A DNA stretch of 64,000 nucleotides, from assembly GCA_030141605.1 (NCBI GenBank), contig JAQGDQ010000384.1, positions 25,167-89,166 of the forward strand, given 5' to 3'. The DNA comes from Tubiluchus corallicola (Eukaryota > Animalia > Priapulida). Each line of letters starts with the position of its first letter. Position 1 is the first letter of the stretch. The notes beneath the pieces are model-generated. The model ran no database searches. It saw only the letters and a list, made by a program, of their open reading frames with translations, and had not been told where the DNA came from. Both the position numbers and the translations under genes were made by a program. Of this stretch, positions 10,401-19,020 are shown in pieces.

Positions 10401-11716
10401 GAGGAACCATCCTTCCCGGCTACCTTCCCGAAACCAATATTATAGGATTAGAAAATTACAACAACGACCTAGCCCCCGGAATACCCTTCGTATTTGGACT
10501 ACAAGACCCCGATTTTGCTAGAAAAGCCGCCGAAAACAAATGGATTACAACCGATAGCCTGCAAACCCTACCCTATACAATGAACAACACCGAAAACTTC
10601 TCCGCCAAAGCAACAGTAACCATTCTTAAAGACCTGAAAATAAACCTTAACATCAATAGAACCTATTCCGACAACCTTAGTGAAAACTACTATGGAGGAA
10701 ACCCAATACCCCAAAATAGAAGAGAAACAGGCAACTTCTCAATGTCATATATCGGATTACAAGGATTTTCAAAAATACTTACCAACTCCACCGATTACAG
10801 CACAGCATCCTATGACCAATTTCAGCAAAATAGAGCCACAATATCCGAAAGACTTGCCAATCAAAAACACAGTAATGACCCCAACTACGACCCCACAAAA
10901 AACCCCAATGGATACCACAACGGATATGGACCCAACTCGCAAGCAGTGCTTACAGGAGCCTTTATATCAGCTTACGGAGCCGCCAGCCCAGATAAAGTAT
11001 GGCTGAACTCCATACCCTCATATGGAAAAATGCTGCCCAACTGGAATATTAGCTATGCAGGCTTACAACGAATAAACCCAATAAAAAAAATAATCAAAAC
11101 CATTACACTCAACCACGCATACAAATCAACCTACTCCATAAGCAACTTTACCACCAACCTTAACTATACAGGCGCAAACGATAACCTTAACCAAAATGAA
11201 GACTTTTTTGCTCAATACGACTATACATCTATCTCCATTACAGAACAACTAAACCCACTCATCGGAGTAAATATAATACTTCAAAACGGACTAACTAGCA
11301 ACTTCCAAATCAAACAAACAAAAAATGCCTCCCTTAACTTCACCAACCAACAAATAACCGAAATAGAAAGTAACGAATACATCGTTGGAATTGGATATAA
11401 AATAAAAGAATTTAACCTTATACTTAACTCTGGTGGTGGCAACCAACAAGAACTTGTTAACGACCTTAACCTTCGAGCCGACTTATCTTTCAGAAACAAC
11501 CGTTCGCTCATAAGAAGATTTTCAGAAGGCGTAAACCAATTAAGCGCAGGGCAAAAAATAATCAGCCTTAGAACCTACGCAGACTACATACTCAACCGAA
11601 GCATAACCATTAGACTATTCTACGATCGCACTATCAACAACCCATTAGTATCCTCCTCCTTCCCCACCACAGACTCTAATTTAGGCGTTAGTGTACGGTT
11701 TACCCTCATCAATTAA
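4442..11716 (+). CDS. sprA: T9SS outer-membrane translocon SprA/Sov
   Basis: 2424 aa; YEGTEDEIIQKLEFGNISMP, FIDDFD, RAKLAWYTIDP, NIEYIEFWLMDPF, NLGDVSEDILKDGR, IWANELRL; ruvA-sprA adjacency known in Bacteroidota. Confidence 0.95.
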   Translation: MRYTLIIKKTLTIVLFGHLSIWLPLKNYAQTTTNIQRDSVEVKSQNPLEIKPTNQKNYIIYDEEKKEYIKYNQIGGKNILPPSTITQQEYFKDDFDKTIYNYWRQKASGLEIEEGSTSFLNDPLLKIKTQLLDQVIGIGDITIKPTGAAEISLSVKTSKIDNPQLQERFRRNIILDFNQKLQASVNGSIGDNINVNIGYDTEASFEWENQITVGYEGTEDEIIQKLEFGNISMPLSSTLISGVNSLQGVKADLKFGRLYLTALLSQQQSEVSNIRVENGAQKENFDISVSDYDVNRHFFLSDYFEQTYDKTLETLPVLNTLAEITRIEVWITNRTSAIENTNNIIAFTDLGEGQGNTNPAQTFVNVQPPFSQYPDNSRNDLYQNMTTTYQGIRNYNEITNILTPLETSYNYKNGIDYERIERARKLSTNEYTYHPQLGYISLNSQLNNSEVLAVAYEYSIAGELYQVGEFSTDGITPPQTLMLKLLKPVNLQPSHPLWELMMKNIYTLDAYQVQKDNFILDVLYRDDQSNNYVNFIPEGKTANEILLRTLNLDNLNNQLDPTPDGVFDFLPNITINPDNGKIIMPSTQPFGKYLREKITGGDPSLDPIADKYVFDELYNTTKILAQEEAEKTKYILSGSYETSSSSSISLNAINIPQGSVTVTAGGTMLIEGKDYIVDYNLGNVKIINQIILESGVPIDIKLESNTLFASQQKNLMGLNALYKFNNDFSIGATLLHLSQKPITDKVGIGETPIKNTLWGVNTNYKGESKLLSQVINTLPYVNIQEPSTITFSGEFAQLITSAPNTVGENGTVFIDDFDNTKTSLALKSVTSWQISSIPKDIPESSLTNDLSIGYGRAKLAWYTIDPIFYNKRDAPANIISNENALSNHFVREVTLQEVFPFRQTPTGISNRINTLNLSYYPTQKGPYNYSTNVNQDGQLAQPETNWGGIMRALETNDFENSNIEYIEFWLMDPFAEDPDNAHLGGDLYINLGDVSEDILKDGRRFYENGVSQNPDLFDYTVWGKVPKSQPIIDAFDNNEEIKKLQDVGLNGLNDEEERNFFSDYLNTLKGELTPQAYQTYEQDPSQDNFRYFKSQEADDQNFGILDRYKDFNNTQGNSASSTEAYSNLPDKESFRRDNTFNEQENYFQYKISLRKQDMQIEHNYITDSIQSTITFKNGEESPITWYQFRIPLTEYEKKVGDIENFRNIRFVRMFLTNFNQETHLRFATLDLVRSGWRKYTKDLKEDGDGTSLPENEKTKFEISAVNIEENSNKKPVNYILPPGLFRSIDPTDPQLIETNEQALLLRAIDLEDNDLRAVYKNLNIDIRNYQRLKMDIHAEEIIGYPLEDYDMSIVIRFGTDFYNNYYEYEIPLKLTPPRSTPYDNNSEGDRLIVWPDDNRLDINLDLFYQTKINRNNTMKEPNSNITLSSVYQEKEGKNFIKVKGNPTLTDTRIMMIGIKNRDKRNFTNDIGDDKSIEIWANELRLSEYDNEGGWATTGTLTTNFGSFGNINLSGLYSTPGFGQIQQDVNERERQTTSQYNLTTNLQLGELFPKTLGLTIPMYFNSSEKTLEQEYSALMPDVPTKEAIANAATQSERDSIELLAQDYTRRTNLSFTNVKIGDTGNKAKVYSPSNFYFGYAFSETYQRNTTIEHKTEKSYKGIFGYQFSHNPKNYSPFAKNEKQPKLIQDFNFNLLPSQFSFRSEITRNYNEQKYRNLSNPNFIVEPVVTKDFLWNRYYNLQYDLAKSFKFNYTATNNARIDEPDGTVNKNIDRDQYEIWKDSVWTNIKNFGRTTDFNQAFNFSYSVPINKIPLLDWTTLNARYTGTYRWTASPILNDIEIGNTITNSGTLQINGQLNFSRIYSQSDYLKNVERNLYRKKTQNKKATRRRHTLNNIQLTANEPKSIYHKLGTEQIDVRIVNTKTRKIIKGETEIINKNRIKFTPTEDVEIANIYITGTIQEKNYQTPQAYAASILTSLKTLSFSYQQKRGTILPGYLPETNIIGLENYNNDLAPGIPFVFGLQDPDFARKAAENKWITTDSLQTLPYTMNNTENFSAKATVTILKDLKINLNINRTYSDNLSENYYGGNPIPQNRRETGNFSMSYIGLQGFSKILTNSTDYSTASYDQFQQNRATISERLANQKHSNDPNYDPTKNPNGYHNGYGPNSQAVLTGAFISAYGAASPDKVWLNSIPSYGKMLPNWNISYAGLQRINPIKKIIKTITLNHAYKSTYSISNFTTNLNYTGANDNLNQNEDFFAQYDYTSISITEQLNPLIGVNIILQNGLTSNFQIKQTKNASLNFTNQQITEIESNEYIVGIGYKIKEFNLILNSGGGNQQELVNDLNLRADLSFRNNRSLIRRFSEGVNQLSAGQKIISLRTYADYILNRSITIRLFYDRTINNPLVSSSFPTTDSNLGVSVRFTLIN

Positions 11717-12003
11717 ATAAAAAAGAAGAGAATTATATACTTACTGCCGCAAAAAACAACTGCCCTATTTCATAAATAAGCTATTGGCAAAATGCCCGTC
11801 TGTTATCTTTCTTATGCCTCCGTCAATACCCCCTTTCTAAATATAAATGAAATTTACCCCTATTTTGTTTTGTATTTTTACCCACCACCTGATTTGGCGA
11901 TTATATATCTTTGTATAGGTTGTTTTTCTAAATAAGAATTGTTATTTTTGTAGGCGAATAAACAAAAAGAATAATGTATAAATTCTGTTATTAGCTTTTA
12001 CTT

Positions 12004-12573
12004 ATGACTGTTAAAGAAATTTTTGCAAGATTAGAAGAAGGAAACGAGCGTTTTGTAAACGACAAATTAGAAGGGAAATTACAAGATAGTAATAGAAGAA
12101 AAGAAGTAACAAAAGGGCAAAATCCATTTGCTATTGTTTTAAGCTGTGCAGATTCTCGCGTAGTACCTGAGTTAATTTTTGATACAGGAGTAGGCGAATT
12201 ATTTGTAGTGCGTGTAGCAGGCAACGTAGCAAATACATCCAGCATTGCAAGTATTGAATATGCCGTGGCTCATTTGGGTGTAAAAGCCATTGTGGTATTA
12301 GGACACGAAAATTGCGGTGCAGTAGCTGCTGCCGTACAAGGTGGTGATGCTGGGAACAACCTAAATCATTTGCTGGAACATATTATGCCTGCTGTAAAAA
12401 AAGCTGAAAGCAAAGAAGTAAATGTGGTGGTAAAAAAGAACATAGAACTAACTGTAAAAGAATTATCTTCCCGCTCTAAAATATTAAGTGATGCTATAAC
12501 AGAAGGAAAACTTTCTATTATACCTGCTTTCTATGAATTAGAATCAGGAAGAGCCAATATCATAAAAAGTTAG
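12004..12573 (+). CDS. beta-class carbonic anhydrase
   Basis: Zn ligands CADSRV and GHENCGAV; VRVAGNV; SIEYAV. Confidence 0.95.
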   Translation: MTVKEIFARLEEGNERFVNDKLEGKLQDSNRRKEVTKGQNPFAIVLSCADSRVVPELIFDTGVGELFVVRVAGNVANTSSIASIEYAVAHLGVKAIVVLGHENCGAVAAAVQGGDAGNNLNHLLEHIMPAVKKAESKEVNVVVKKNIELTVKELSSRSKILSDAITEGKLSIIPAFYELESGRANIIKS

Positions 12574-12671
12574 GAAATAGAAACTCCATCCAATAATTTC
12601 AACCTCACTATAAGAAAAAATAAACATTTTTGCGGATCTAGGTACAATATACCTAAACCATCAAAACTTGC

Positions 12672-13583
12672 TTAAAACAACTTGGCTCTTTTGAGTAAAT
12701 ATTGTTCTAATATTTGCTTGAAATTATCCCGTATATCCGCCTCCACAAAATCTATATTATATTCTGCACATTTTAGCTTTAGCTTTCTATGATACTGCCT
12801 TATGGTTTGTTGGTATTTTTCTCTTATCTGATTCGGATTGAGATGTAATTTTTCGTCAGTTTCTATATCTATAAACTTATAAGGTCTATCTTGTAGATTA
12901 AGCTGCTGTTCGGTACTCTTGTCTACGATGTGAAAAATAATAATTTCGTGTTTTTGATGTCTTAAATGCGCAAGTGCATTATAAAGTTCTTCAGGCTTGT
13001 ATGTGTTGAGCAGGTCAGTAAATAGTATAATAAACGAACGTTTATGCAGGGTATCAGCTACTTTATGCAATATCCCTGGGAGGTTTGTTTTCTGTTTCGT
13101 TTCGGTTTTTCTGTTAAGCAGCCTATCCAAATGTGCAAACAATGTTTTTGTATGACTGATGTTGAGGCGACTGGGTGTATGTAAGTTGATATTCTCATCA
13201 AACAAGGTAAGTCCTACAGCATCGCGTTGCTTTCGTAGCAAATGTATCAATGCAGCTGTAGTGTATAAAGCATAGTTGAGTTTGTTATTGTCCGTGTTTT
13301 GTGGGTACTGCATAGAAGAAGAAGTATCTATAAGTATTTGGCTTCGGAGGTTAGTTTCTTCTTCATACTTTTTAACATACAGTTTTTCTGTGCGAGCAAA
13401 GAGCTTCCAATCTATATGTCGAGTAGGTTCTCCTGCGTTGTAAATAGAATGTTCAGCAAACTCTACCGAAAATCCATGGTAAGGGCTTTTGTGCAGTCCA
13501 AGTATAAAGCCTTCTATAATTTGTTTGGCAATAAGTTCCAAACTCTTTATTTGTAATTGCTCTATGTTATTAAGAGTCTGCAT
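12672..13583 (-). CDS. DUF58 (vWA-like, MoxR-associated) protein
   Basis: GLHKSPYHGFSVEFAEH, RHIDWKLFART.KLYVKKYEEETNL, DTSSSM. Confidence 0.92.
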   Translation of the reverse strand: MQTLNNIEQLQIKSLELIAKQIIEGFILGLHKSPYHGFSVEFAEHSIYNAGEPTRHIDWKLFARTEKLYVKKYEEETNLRSQILIDTSSSMQYPQNTDNNKLNYALYTTAALIHLLRKQRDAVGLTLFDENINLHTPSRLNISHTKTLFAHLDRLLNRKTETKQKTNLPGILHKVADTLHKRSFIILFTDLLNTYKPEELYNALAHLRHQKHEIIIFHIVDKSTEQQLNLQDRPYKFIDIETDEKLHLNPNQIREKYQQTIRQYHRKLKLKCAEYNIDFVEADIRDNFKQILEQYLLKRAKLF

Positions 13584-13651
13584 TGAATTTGGATAGGAAT
13601 ATGATAAAAATTAAGCAACCTGTGCTGCTAAGCTAAACTTATATGATTTTG

Positions 13652-14023
13652 TTAAGACTTAATTATTAAATCTGCCGATGCAGTATTAAGTGCTATGGGA
13701 ACATTGTTGATAGTAGCTGTTCTAATTAATGTTTGAATATCATGCTCATGTCCCTGTGGAGTTTCACAATCTATTAAGAATACTATTTTATCTATTTCAT
13801 TACTCAATATTTTAGCTGCAAGTATAATATCTCCCCCACTTGGCCCATGTCCAAAGGGAATAACATTGAGGTCTAATACACTATTAAGAAGTTCTGCCGT
13901 ATGAGATGTTCCAATCAACTTATACCGTAAGAGAGCCTTTTTATTTTGCTTCGCCCAATTTAACAATTCATTTTTTTTCTTATTGTGAGCCACTAAAGCC
14001 ACTGTCATAGAGTTATTTTTCAT
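13652..14023 (-). CDS. mgsA: methylglyoxal synthase
   Basis: ALVAHNKKK, GPSGGD, HEHDIQTLIR, NVPIALNTASAD; ATG at 14023 preferred over TTG at 14041. Confidence 0.85.
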   Translation of the reverse strand: MKNNSMTVALVAHNKKKNELLNWAKQNKKALLRYKLIGTSHTAELLNSVLDLNVIPFGHGPSGGDIILAAKILSNEIDKIVFLIDCETPQGHEHDIQTLIRTATINNVPIALNTASADLIIKS

Positions 14024-14489
14024 AATTAATTTTCTTTTCAAAGCCTAAAAACAGCAAAAAACTTATCATACCCAAATCCGTATAATACCCATATCATGGA
14101 TACAAATATATACATTTAAATTTCAAGAAAAATGAATTTTTATTTCTTACTACCCTAAAAATTACGACAACAAATACAATAACTGAGATTATCTCCCACA
14201 ACTCCATTATTTGTTATCCTTACACCACTTTAAATTATGTTGTTTTTACTTCTAAAACTAGCATATTAAAGAGTTTTTTTTCATATGCGCAATTTGTTTA
14301 TACAAAAACTTTATTTAACATATAACTGCTTAAACATATATATCAAGTAAGTTATCGTAGCGAAATATTTGCGTTATTTTTTGTGAAAAAACAATCAATA
14401 TTTATACACTCATATATGATATCTTTACAGCGTTTTCATTCTACCCTGTGTGGCGTGTTTTCAAAATACATTATAAACATTATACAATT

Positions 14490-15965
14490 ATGAACCGTAA
14501 AAATATATTATTATTAACATTCATCCTTTCTCTAACATTCAGTAGCTGCAACAGCTCAAAAACAACAGTAACAGACAAACCTAATATAGTAATTCTATTT
14601 ACAGACGACCAGCGGTTCAACACTATCAACACCCTCAACAACGATGAGATCATAACCCCTACAATGGACAAACTTGCAAAAGGAACAGTGTTTACTCACT
14701 GCCATATAATGGGAGGATTTAGCGGAGCTGTATGTACGCCCAGTAGAGCAATGCTTATGACCAGCAAAAGCCTATTTCACCTTAAACAAAATGGAAAAAT
14801 AATACCCCAAGAACATAGCATGCTACCAGAAACCCTTAGAAAAAACGGCTACAATACCTTTGGAACAGGAAAATGGCACAACGACAAAAAATCTTTTGCA
14901 CGTTCATTTACACACGGGGCTAACATCTTTTTCGGTGGTATGTCCGACCACTTACAAACACCTATCAATGACTACGACCCCAAAGGGAAATATGAAAAAG
15001 AAGACACTTATATTGGAAAAAAGTTTTCCAGTCAATTATTTACTGACGGAGCTGTGGATTTTATAAACAACTACAAAGACAACAAACCCTTCTTTATGTT
15101 TGTATCATACACCTCGCCTCACGACCCACGAATGGCTCCCGAAAAGTATGTTAAAATGTATGATACAGACAAAATAGAGTTACCTCCTAATTTTATGCCC
15201 AAGCATCCATTTGACAATGGAGAACTCATCATAAGAGATGAACTACTCGAAGGATTTCCTCGCACACCTAAAATAGTAAAAGAAAACATAGCAGCCTACT
15301 ACGCAATGATAACAGAAGTTGATGAGCAAATGGGCAGAATAGTAACAGCCTTAGAGAAAAAACAGCTGATGGACAACACCATTATTATATTTGCAGGAGA
15401 CAATGGACTGGCAGTAGGACAACACGGATTGCTTGGAAAACAAAACCTATATGAACACTCCGTTAGAGTACCCTTAATGCTCTATGGAAAGGGAATAAAA
15501 AAAGGCATAAAAATACCTACACTCACATACCTCAATGATATTTACCCCACACTATGCGAGATACTTGACCTACCCCCACCTACTGAGATAGAAGGAGAAA
15601 GCCTCGTACCCGCGTTAAAAGACCCCAACACTAAAATAAGGGACAATATATCTTACAGTTATAAAAACTTTCAAAGAGGAATAACAGACGACCAAGGATG
15701 GAAGTTGATAAAATACCTTGTAAAAGGAAAACATACTACACAACTGTTCAATACCAATGAAGACCCTTGGGAAATAAACAACCTTGCCAATGACCCTAAG
15801 TACCAAGATAAACTTAATGAACTAACACAAACAATGCAACAAAGAGCAAAGAAAATAGGAGATAAAGTTCAGTTTGACAAAGCCGATTGGGGCGTTCCCG
15901 TTGTAGAATCGTGGGAAGATGCTATGATAAAAAGAGGAAGAGAAATAATTATCCCCGAATATTAA
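14490..15965 (+). CDS. S1 family sulfatase (lipoprotein)
   Basis: KPNIVILFTDD, CTPSR formylglycine motif, GKWH, GDNG; lipobox FSSC; ATG at 14490 preferred. Confidence 0.93.
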   Translation: MNRKNILLLTFILSLTFSSCNSSKTTVTDKPNIVILFTDDQRFNTINTLNNDEIITPTMDKLAKGTVFTHCHIMGGFSGAVCTPSRAMLMTSKSLFHLKQNGKIIPQEHSMLPETLRKNGYNTFGTGKWHNDKKSFARSFTHGANIFFGGMSDHLQTPINDYDPKGKYEKEDTYIGKKFSSQLFTDGAVDFINNYKDNKPFFMFVSYTSPHDPRMAPEKYVKMYDTDKIELPPNFMPKHPFDNGELIIRDELLEGFPRTPKIVKENIAAYYAMITEVDEQMGRIVTALEKKQLMDNTIIIFAGDNGLAVGQHGLLGKQNLYEHSVRVPLMLYGKGIKKGIKIPTLTYLNDIYPTLCEILDLPPPTEIEGESLVPALKDPNTKIRDNISYSYKNFQRGITDDQGWKLIKYLVKGKHTTQLFNTNEDPWEINNLANDPKYQDKLNELTQTMQQRAKKIGDKVQFDKADWGVPVVESWEDAMIKRGREIIIPEY

Positions 15966-15978
15966 ATATTTAGCAACA

Positions 15979-17442
15979 ATGCAAACAACCAAGCATATAC
16001 TATTAGTAATATTAATGCCGTGTCTATTTTTACAGGTAAATATAGCAAAAAACCAGCCCAATATTCTATTTATACTTTTAGATGATTTAGGTAAAGAATG
16101 GATAGAAGTTTATGATGCCGACAACATACAAACACCTAACATTAATCAACTTGCAAAAACAGGCATGCAATTTATCAATGCCTATTCAATGCCGCAATGC
16201 ACCCCTTCGAGAGTTACCTTTCTAACAGGGCAATATCCTTGGAGAAGTGGCTGGGTAAACCATTATGATGTACCACGCTGGGGACACGGAGCTAGATATG
16301 ACTCCAAACTCAACCCAAGCATAGCCAAAATAATGAAACAAGCAGGCTATACCACCTGTGCCGCAGGCAAATGGCAAATTAATGACTTCAGACTTGAACC
16401 AGAAGCAATGACCGAACACGGTTTCGATGAATATTGCATGTGGACTGGAGCAGAAGGAGGCAATGTGGAAATCAGCCAAAAAAGATACTGGGATCCCTAT
16501 ATACACACCAAAGAAGGAAGTAGAACCTACAAAGGTCAATTTGGAGAAGACATATTTACCGATTTCATCATCAACTTTATGAAAAAAAACAAAAACAAAC
16601 CTATGATGATATATTATCCGATGTGTTTACCACACGGACCCCTTACTTTCACTCCATTAAAACCCAACGTAACAACCAAGATGGATATGCACAAAGCAAT
16701 GGTAGAATATACAGACTATATCCTATCTAAACTTATACAAGCCTTAGAAGACCTTAATATTAGAGATAATACCATTATAGTATGGACTACTGATAACGGC
16801 ACGAGTGGCAACATAATAGGACATATCAAAGGACGCCCTGTAAGAGGTGGAAAAACCTATCTTACAGAAAATGGAATTAACGAACCATTTATTGTCAATT
16901 GCCCAAATATAGTGCCACAGGGAATTGTTACAGATGAACTAATAGATTTTTCAGACCTACTACCTACTTTTGTAGAACTTGGTAATGCAGAACTCCCAAC
17001 AGAATACACCTTCGATGGAAAATCATTTGCTAAGTTTATTACAGGAAAAAGAAAAAAAACAGATAGAAACTGGATAATGGCTCTTGGCTCGCACCCCGCT
17101 TACATAGAAAATGGCAGAGTAAAAAACTCTCATAAATTTAGAGACAGAGTTATTCGCAACAAAACATACAAAGCCTACATAAACACAGAAAAACAAATTT
17201 ATCAAATTTACAACGTAAAAGAAGATATAGAAGAAGAAAACAACCTCATCAACACAAAACAAATTAAAAAAGCACAGGCTTTCTTTCAAAGCATAATAAA
17301 TACCTTACCCAACGAAGACCCCAACCCTAAATATACCAAACTTAACAATAGCATTTGGGACATACCCATAAAAGAACTAAAAGAAAAAAGCGATAAAAGT
17401 AAAAGTAGACCTAATAAATCTCCTAAGTTAATTAATCGCTAA
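15979..17442 (+). CDS. S1 family sulfatase
   Basis: PNILFILLDDLG, CTPSR, GKWQ, TTDNG. Confidence 0.93.
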   Translation: MQTTKHILLVILMPCLFLQVNIAKNQPNILFILLDDLGKEWIEVYDADNIQTPNINQLAKTGMQFINAYSMPQCTPSRVTFLTGQYPWRSGWVNHYDVPRWGHGARYDSKLNPSIAKIMKQAGYTTCAAGKWQINDFRLEPEAMTEHGFDEYCMWTGAEGGNVEISQKRYWDPYIHTKEGSRTYKGQFGEDIFTDFIINFMKKNKNKPMMIYYPMCLPHGPLTFTPLKPNVTTKMDMHKAMVEYTDYILSKLIQALEDLNIRDNTIIVWTTDNGTSGNIIGHIKGRPVRGGKTYLTENGINEPFIVNCPNIVPQGIVTDELIDFSDLLPTFVELGNAELPTEYTFDGKSFAKFITGKRKKTDRNWIMALGSHPAYIENGRVKNSHKFRDRVIRNKTYKAYINTEKQIYQIYNVKEDIEEENNLINTKQIKKAQAFFQSIINTLPNEDPNPKYTKLNNSIWDIPIKELKEKSDKSKSRPNKSPKLINR

Positions 17443-17455
17443 AACAAAAAACCAA

Positions 17456-19009
17456 ATGAAAACAATAAGACTATACACATTACTAACATTAATAATAATA
17501 TCCACAATATCTTGCAAAACACAGCAAAAATACGCTCCCACTTGGGAATCCCTATCACAAAACGAAATACCCGAATGGATGTTAGATGCCAAATTTGGCG
17601 TATACACCCACTGGGGAATATATTCAGTTCCCGCCTTTGCTACTCCATCTTATGTAAATGAACTATATTTAGTGACGGGCAAAGACTCCAAAGGAATAAT
17701 AGCCTACCACGAGGAAAAATTTGGGAAAAGATCAGAGTTTGGATACATTGATTTTATACCTATGTTCTCTGCCGAAAAATTTAACGCAGATGAATGGGTA
17801 GGCTTAATGGACGAAGCAGGTGCTAAATTTGGAGGCATATGCCTTGTACACCACGATGGCTTTCTACTATGGGATAGTAAATACAGTAGATGGAATAGTA
17901 AAAATATGGGGCCTAAAAGAGACATATACGGAGAAATAGCACAAGCCGTGAGAAAAAGAGAAATGAAACTTGCTGCTACCTTCCATCACGGTAGAACTTA
18001 TGGCTTCGCATTTGACAGACATATGGATGCTTACACAGACGAACACAAAAAGAACTGGGATATATTTGACCCTAAATTCTCCGACTTTTATTGGAATCCT
18101 GAAACAGCCCCCAAAGAAGAATTTGCAAAACTATGGAAAAGCAAAATAACAGAAGTAATAGACAATTACAGTCCTGATATGATATGGTTTGATGGATTGA
18201 GAACACAAATGCGAAATAATATAGTACCCGACACTATTGTAAGACAAGTAATAGCCCACTATTTTAACGATGCACAAAAGAAAAACAAAAAAGTAACCAT
18301 TGCCAACAAACTACCAGCCTTTAAAGATGTCCCTAGATTTAATTTCCCCAAAGAGTTTGGATTGTTATGTTATGAAAATGCAAGAGATATGCCTGAATAT
18401 CAAGAAAACTATTGGCTAACTGATAGAGCCATAGCATATCCTTGGACTTATGTTCACAACAAAAACTATAGAAACAAAGCCGACTACCACCTTAGAAGTC
18501 TTGTGGATATAGTTAGTCGTGGAGGAATATTCTTCCTCTCGCTCACTCCAATGGGAGATGGCTCCATCCATCAAGAAGAGCAAAATATAATGAGAAATAT
18601 TGGCAAGTGGCTCAAAGTAAATGGAGAAGCTATTTACAACACACGCCGATGGAAAGCACACGGAGAAGGAACAACAGTAATGACAAGAGTAACCAAAGAA
18701 GGTAAAACAAAATGGAACTATGCCGACCTTTCTGCAAAAGATGTGAGGTTTACCAGAAGCAAAGACAACAAAACGCTATACGCCATTGTACTAGGTTTGC
18801 CCGATGACAATAAATACATCATAAAACTGCTTAACTCCAATGAAAAAATAGCAACAAATGGCATCAAAGATATAACTCTGTTGGGAACAGAGGAAAAAGT
18901 AGAATGGACAAGAGATAAAAAAGGATTGACTATAAGTTTCCCCAAACAAACAACAGAACAAATAGCTTACGCATTCAAAATAACTGTAAATGGAACATTA
19001 ATAAACTAA
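17456..19009 (+). CDS. alpha-L-fucosidase, GH29 (lipoprotein)
   Basis: YAPTWESL, DAKFGVYTHWGIYSVPA, HHDGF, PDMIWFDG nucleophile motif, LVDIVSRGG, WLKVNGEAIY. Confidence 0.93.
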   Translation: MKTIRLYTLLTLIIISTISCKTQQKYAPTWESLSQNEIPEWMLDAKFGVYTHWGIYSVPAFATPSYVNELYLVTGKDSKGIIAYHEEKFGKRSEFGYIDFIPMFSAEKFNADEWVGLMDEAGAKFGGICLVHHDGFLLWDSKYSRWNSKNMGPKRDIYGEIAQAVRKREMKLAATFHHGRTYGFAFDRHMDAYTDEHKKNWDIFDPKFSDFYWNPETAPKEEFAKLWKSKITEVIDNYSPDMIWFDGLRTQMRNNIVPDTIVRQVIAHYFNDAQKKNKKVTIANKLPAFKDVPRFNFPKEFGLLCYENARDMPEYQENYWLTDRAIAYPWTYVHNKNYRNKADYHLRSLVDIVSRGGIFFLSLTPMGDGSIHQEEQNIMRNIGKWLKVNGEAIYNTRRWKAHGEGTTVMTRVTKEGKTKWNYADLSAKDVRFTRSKDNKTLYAIVLGLPDDNKYIIKLLNSNEKIATNGIKDITLLGTEEKVEWTRDKKGLTISFPKQTTEQIAYAFKITVNGTLIN

Positions 19010-19020
19010 TTTAAATAATA

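Noticed and set aside
4744-11511. Many antisense/alternate-frame ORFs within sprA (and similarly within PUL genes and dnaE)
   Set aside because: Explained by biased codon usage reducing stop codons on the opposite strand; fully overlap confident genes and have no recognisable motifs.
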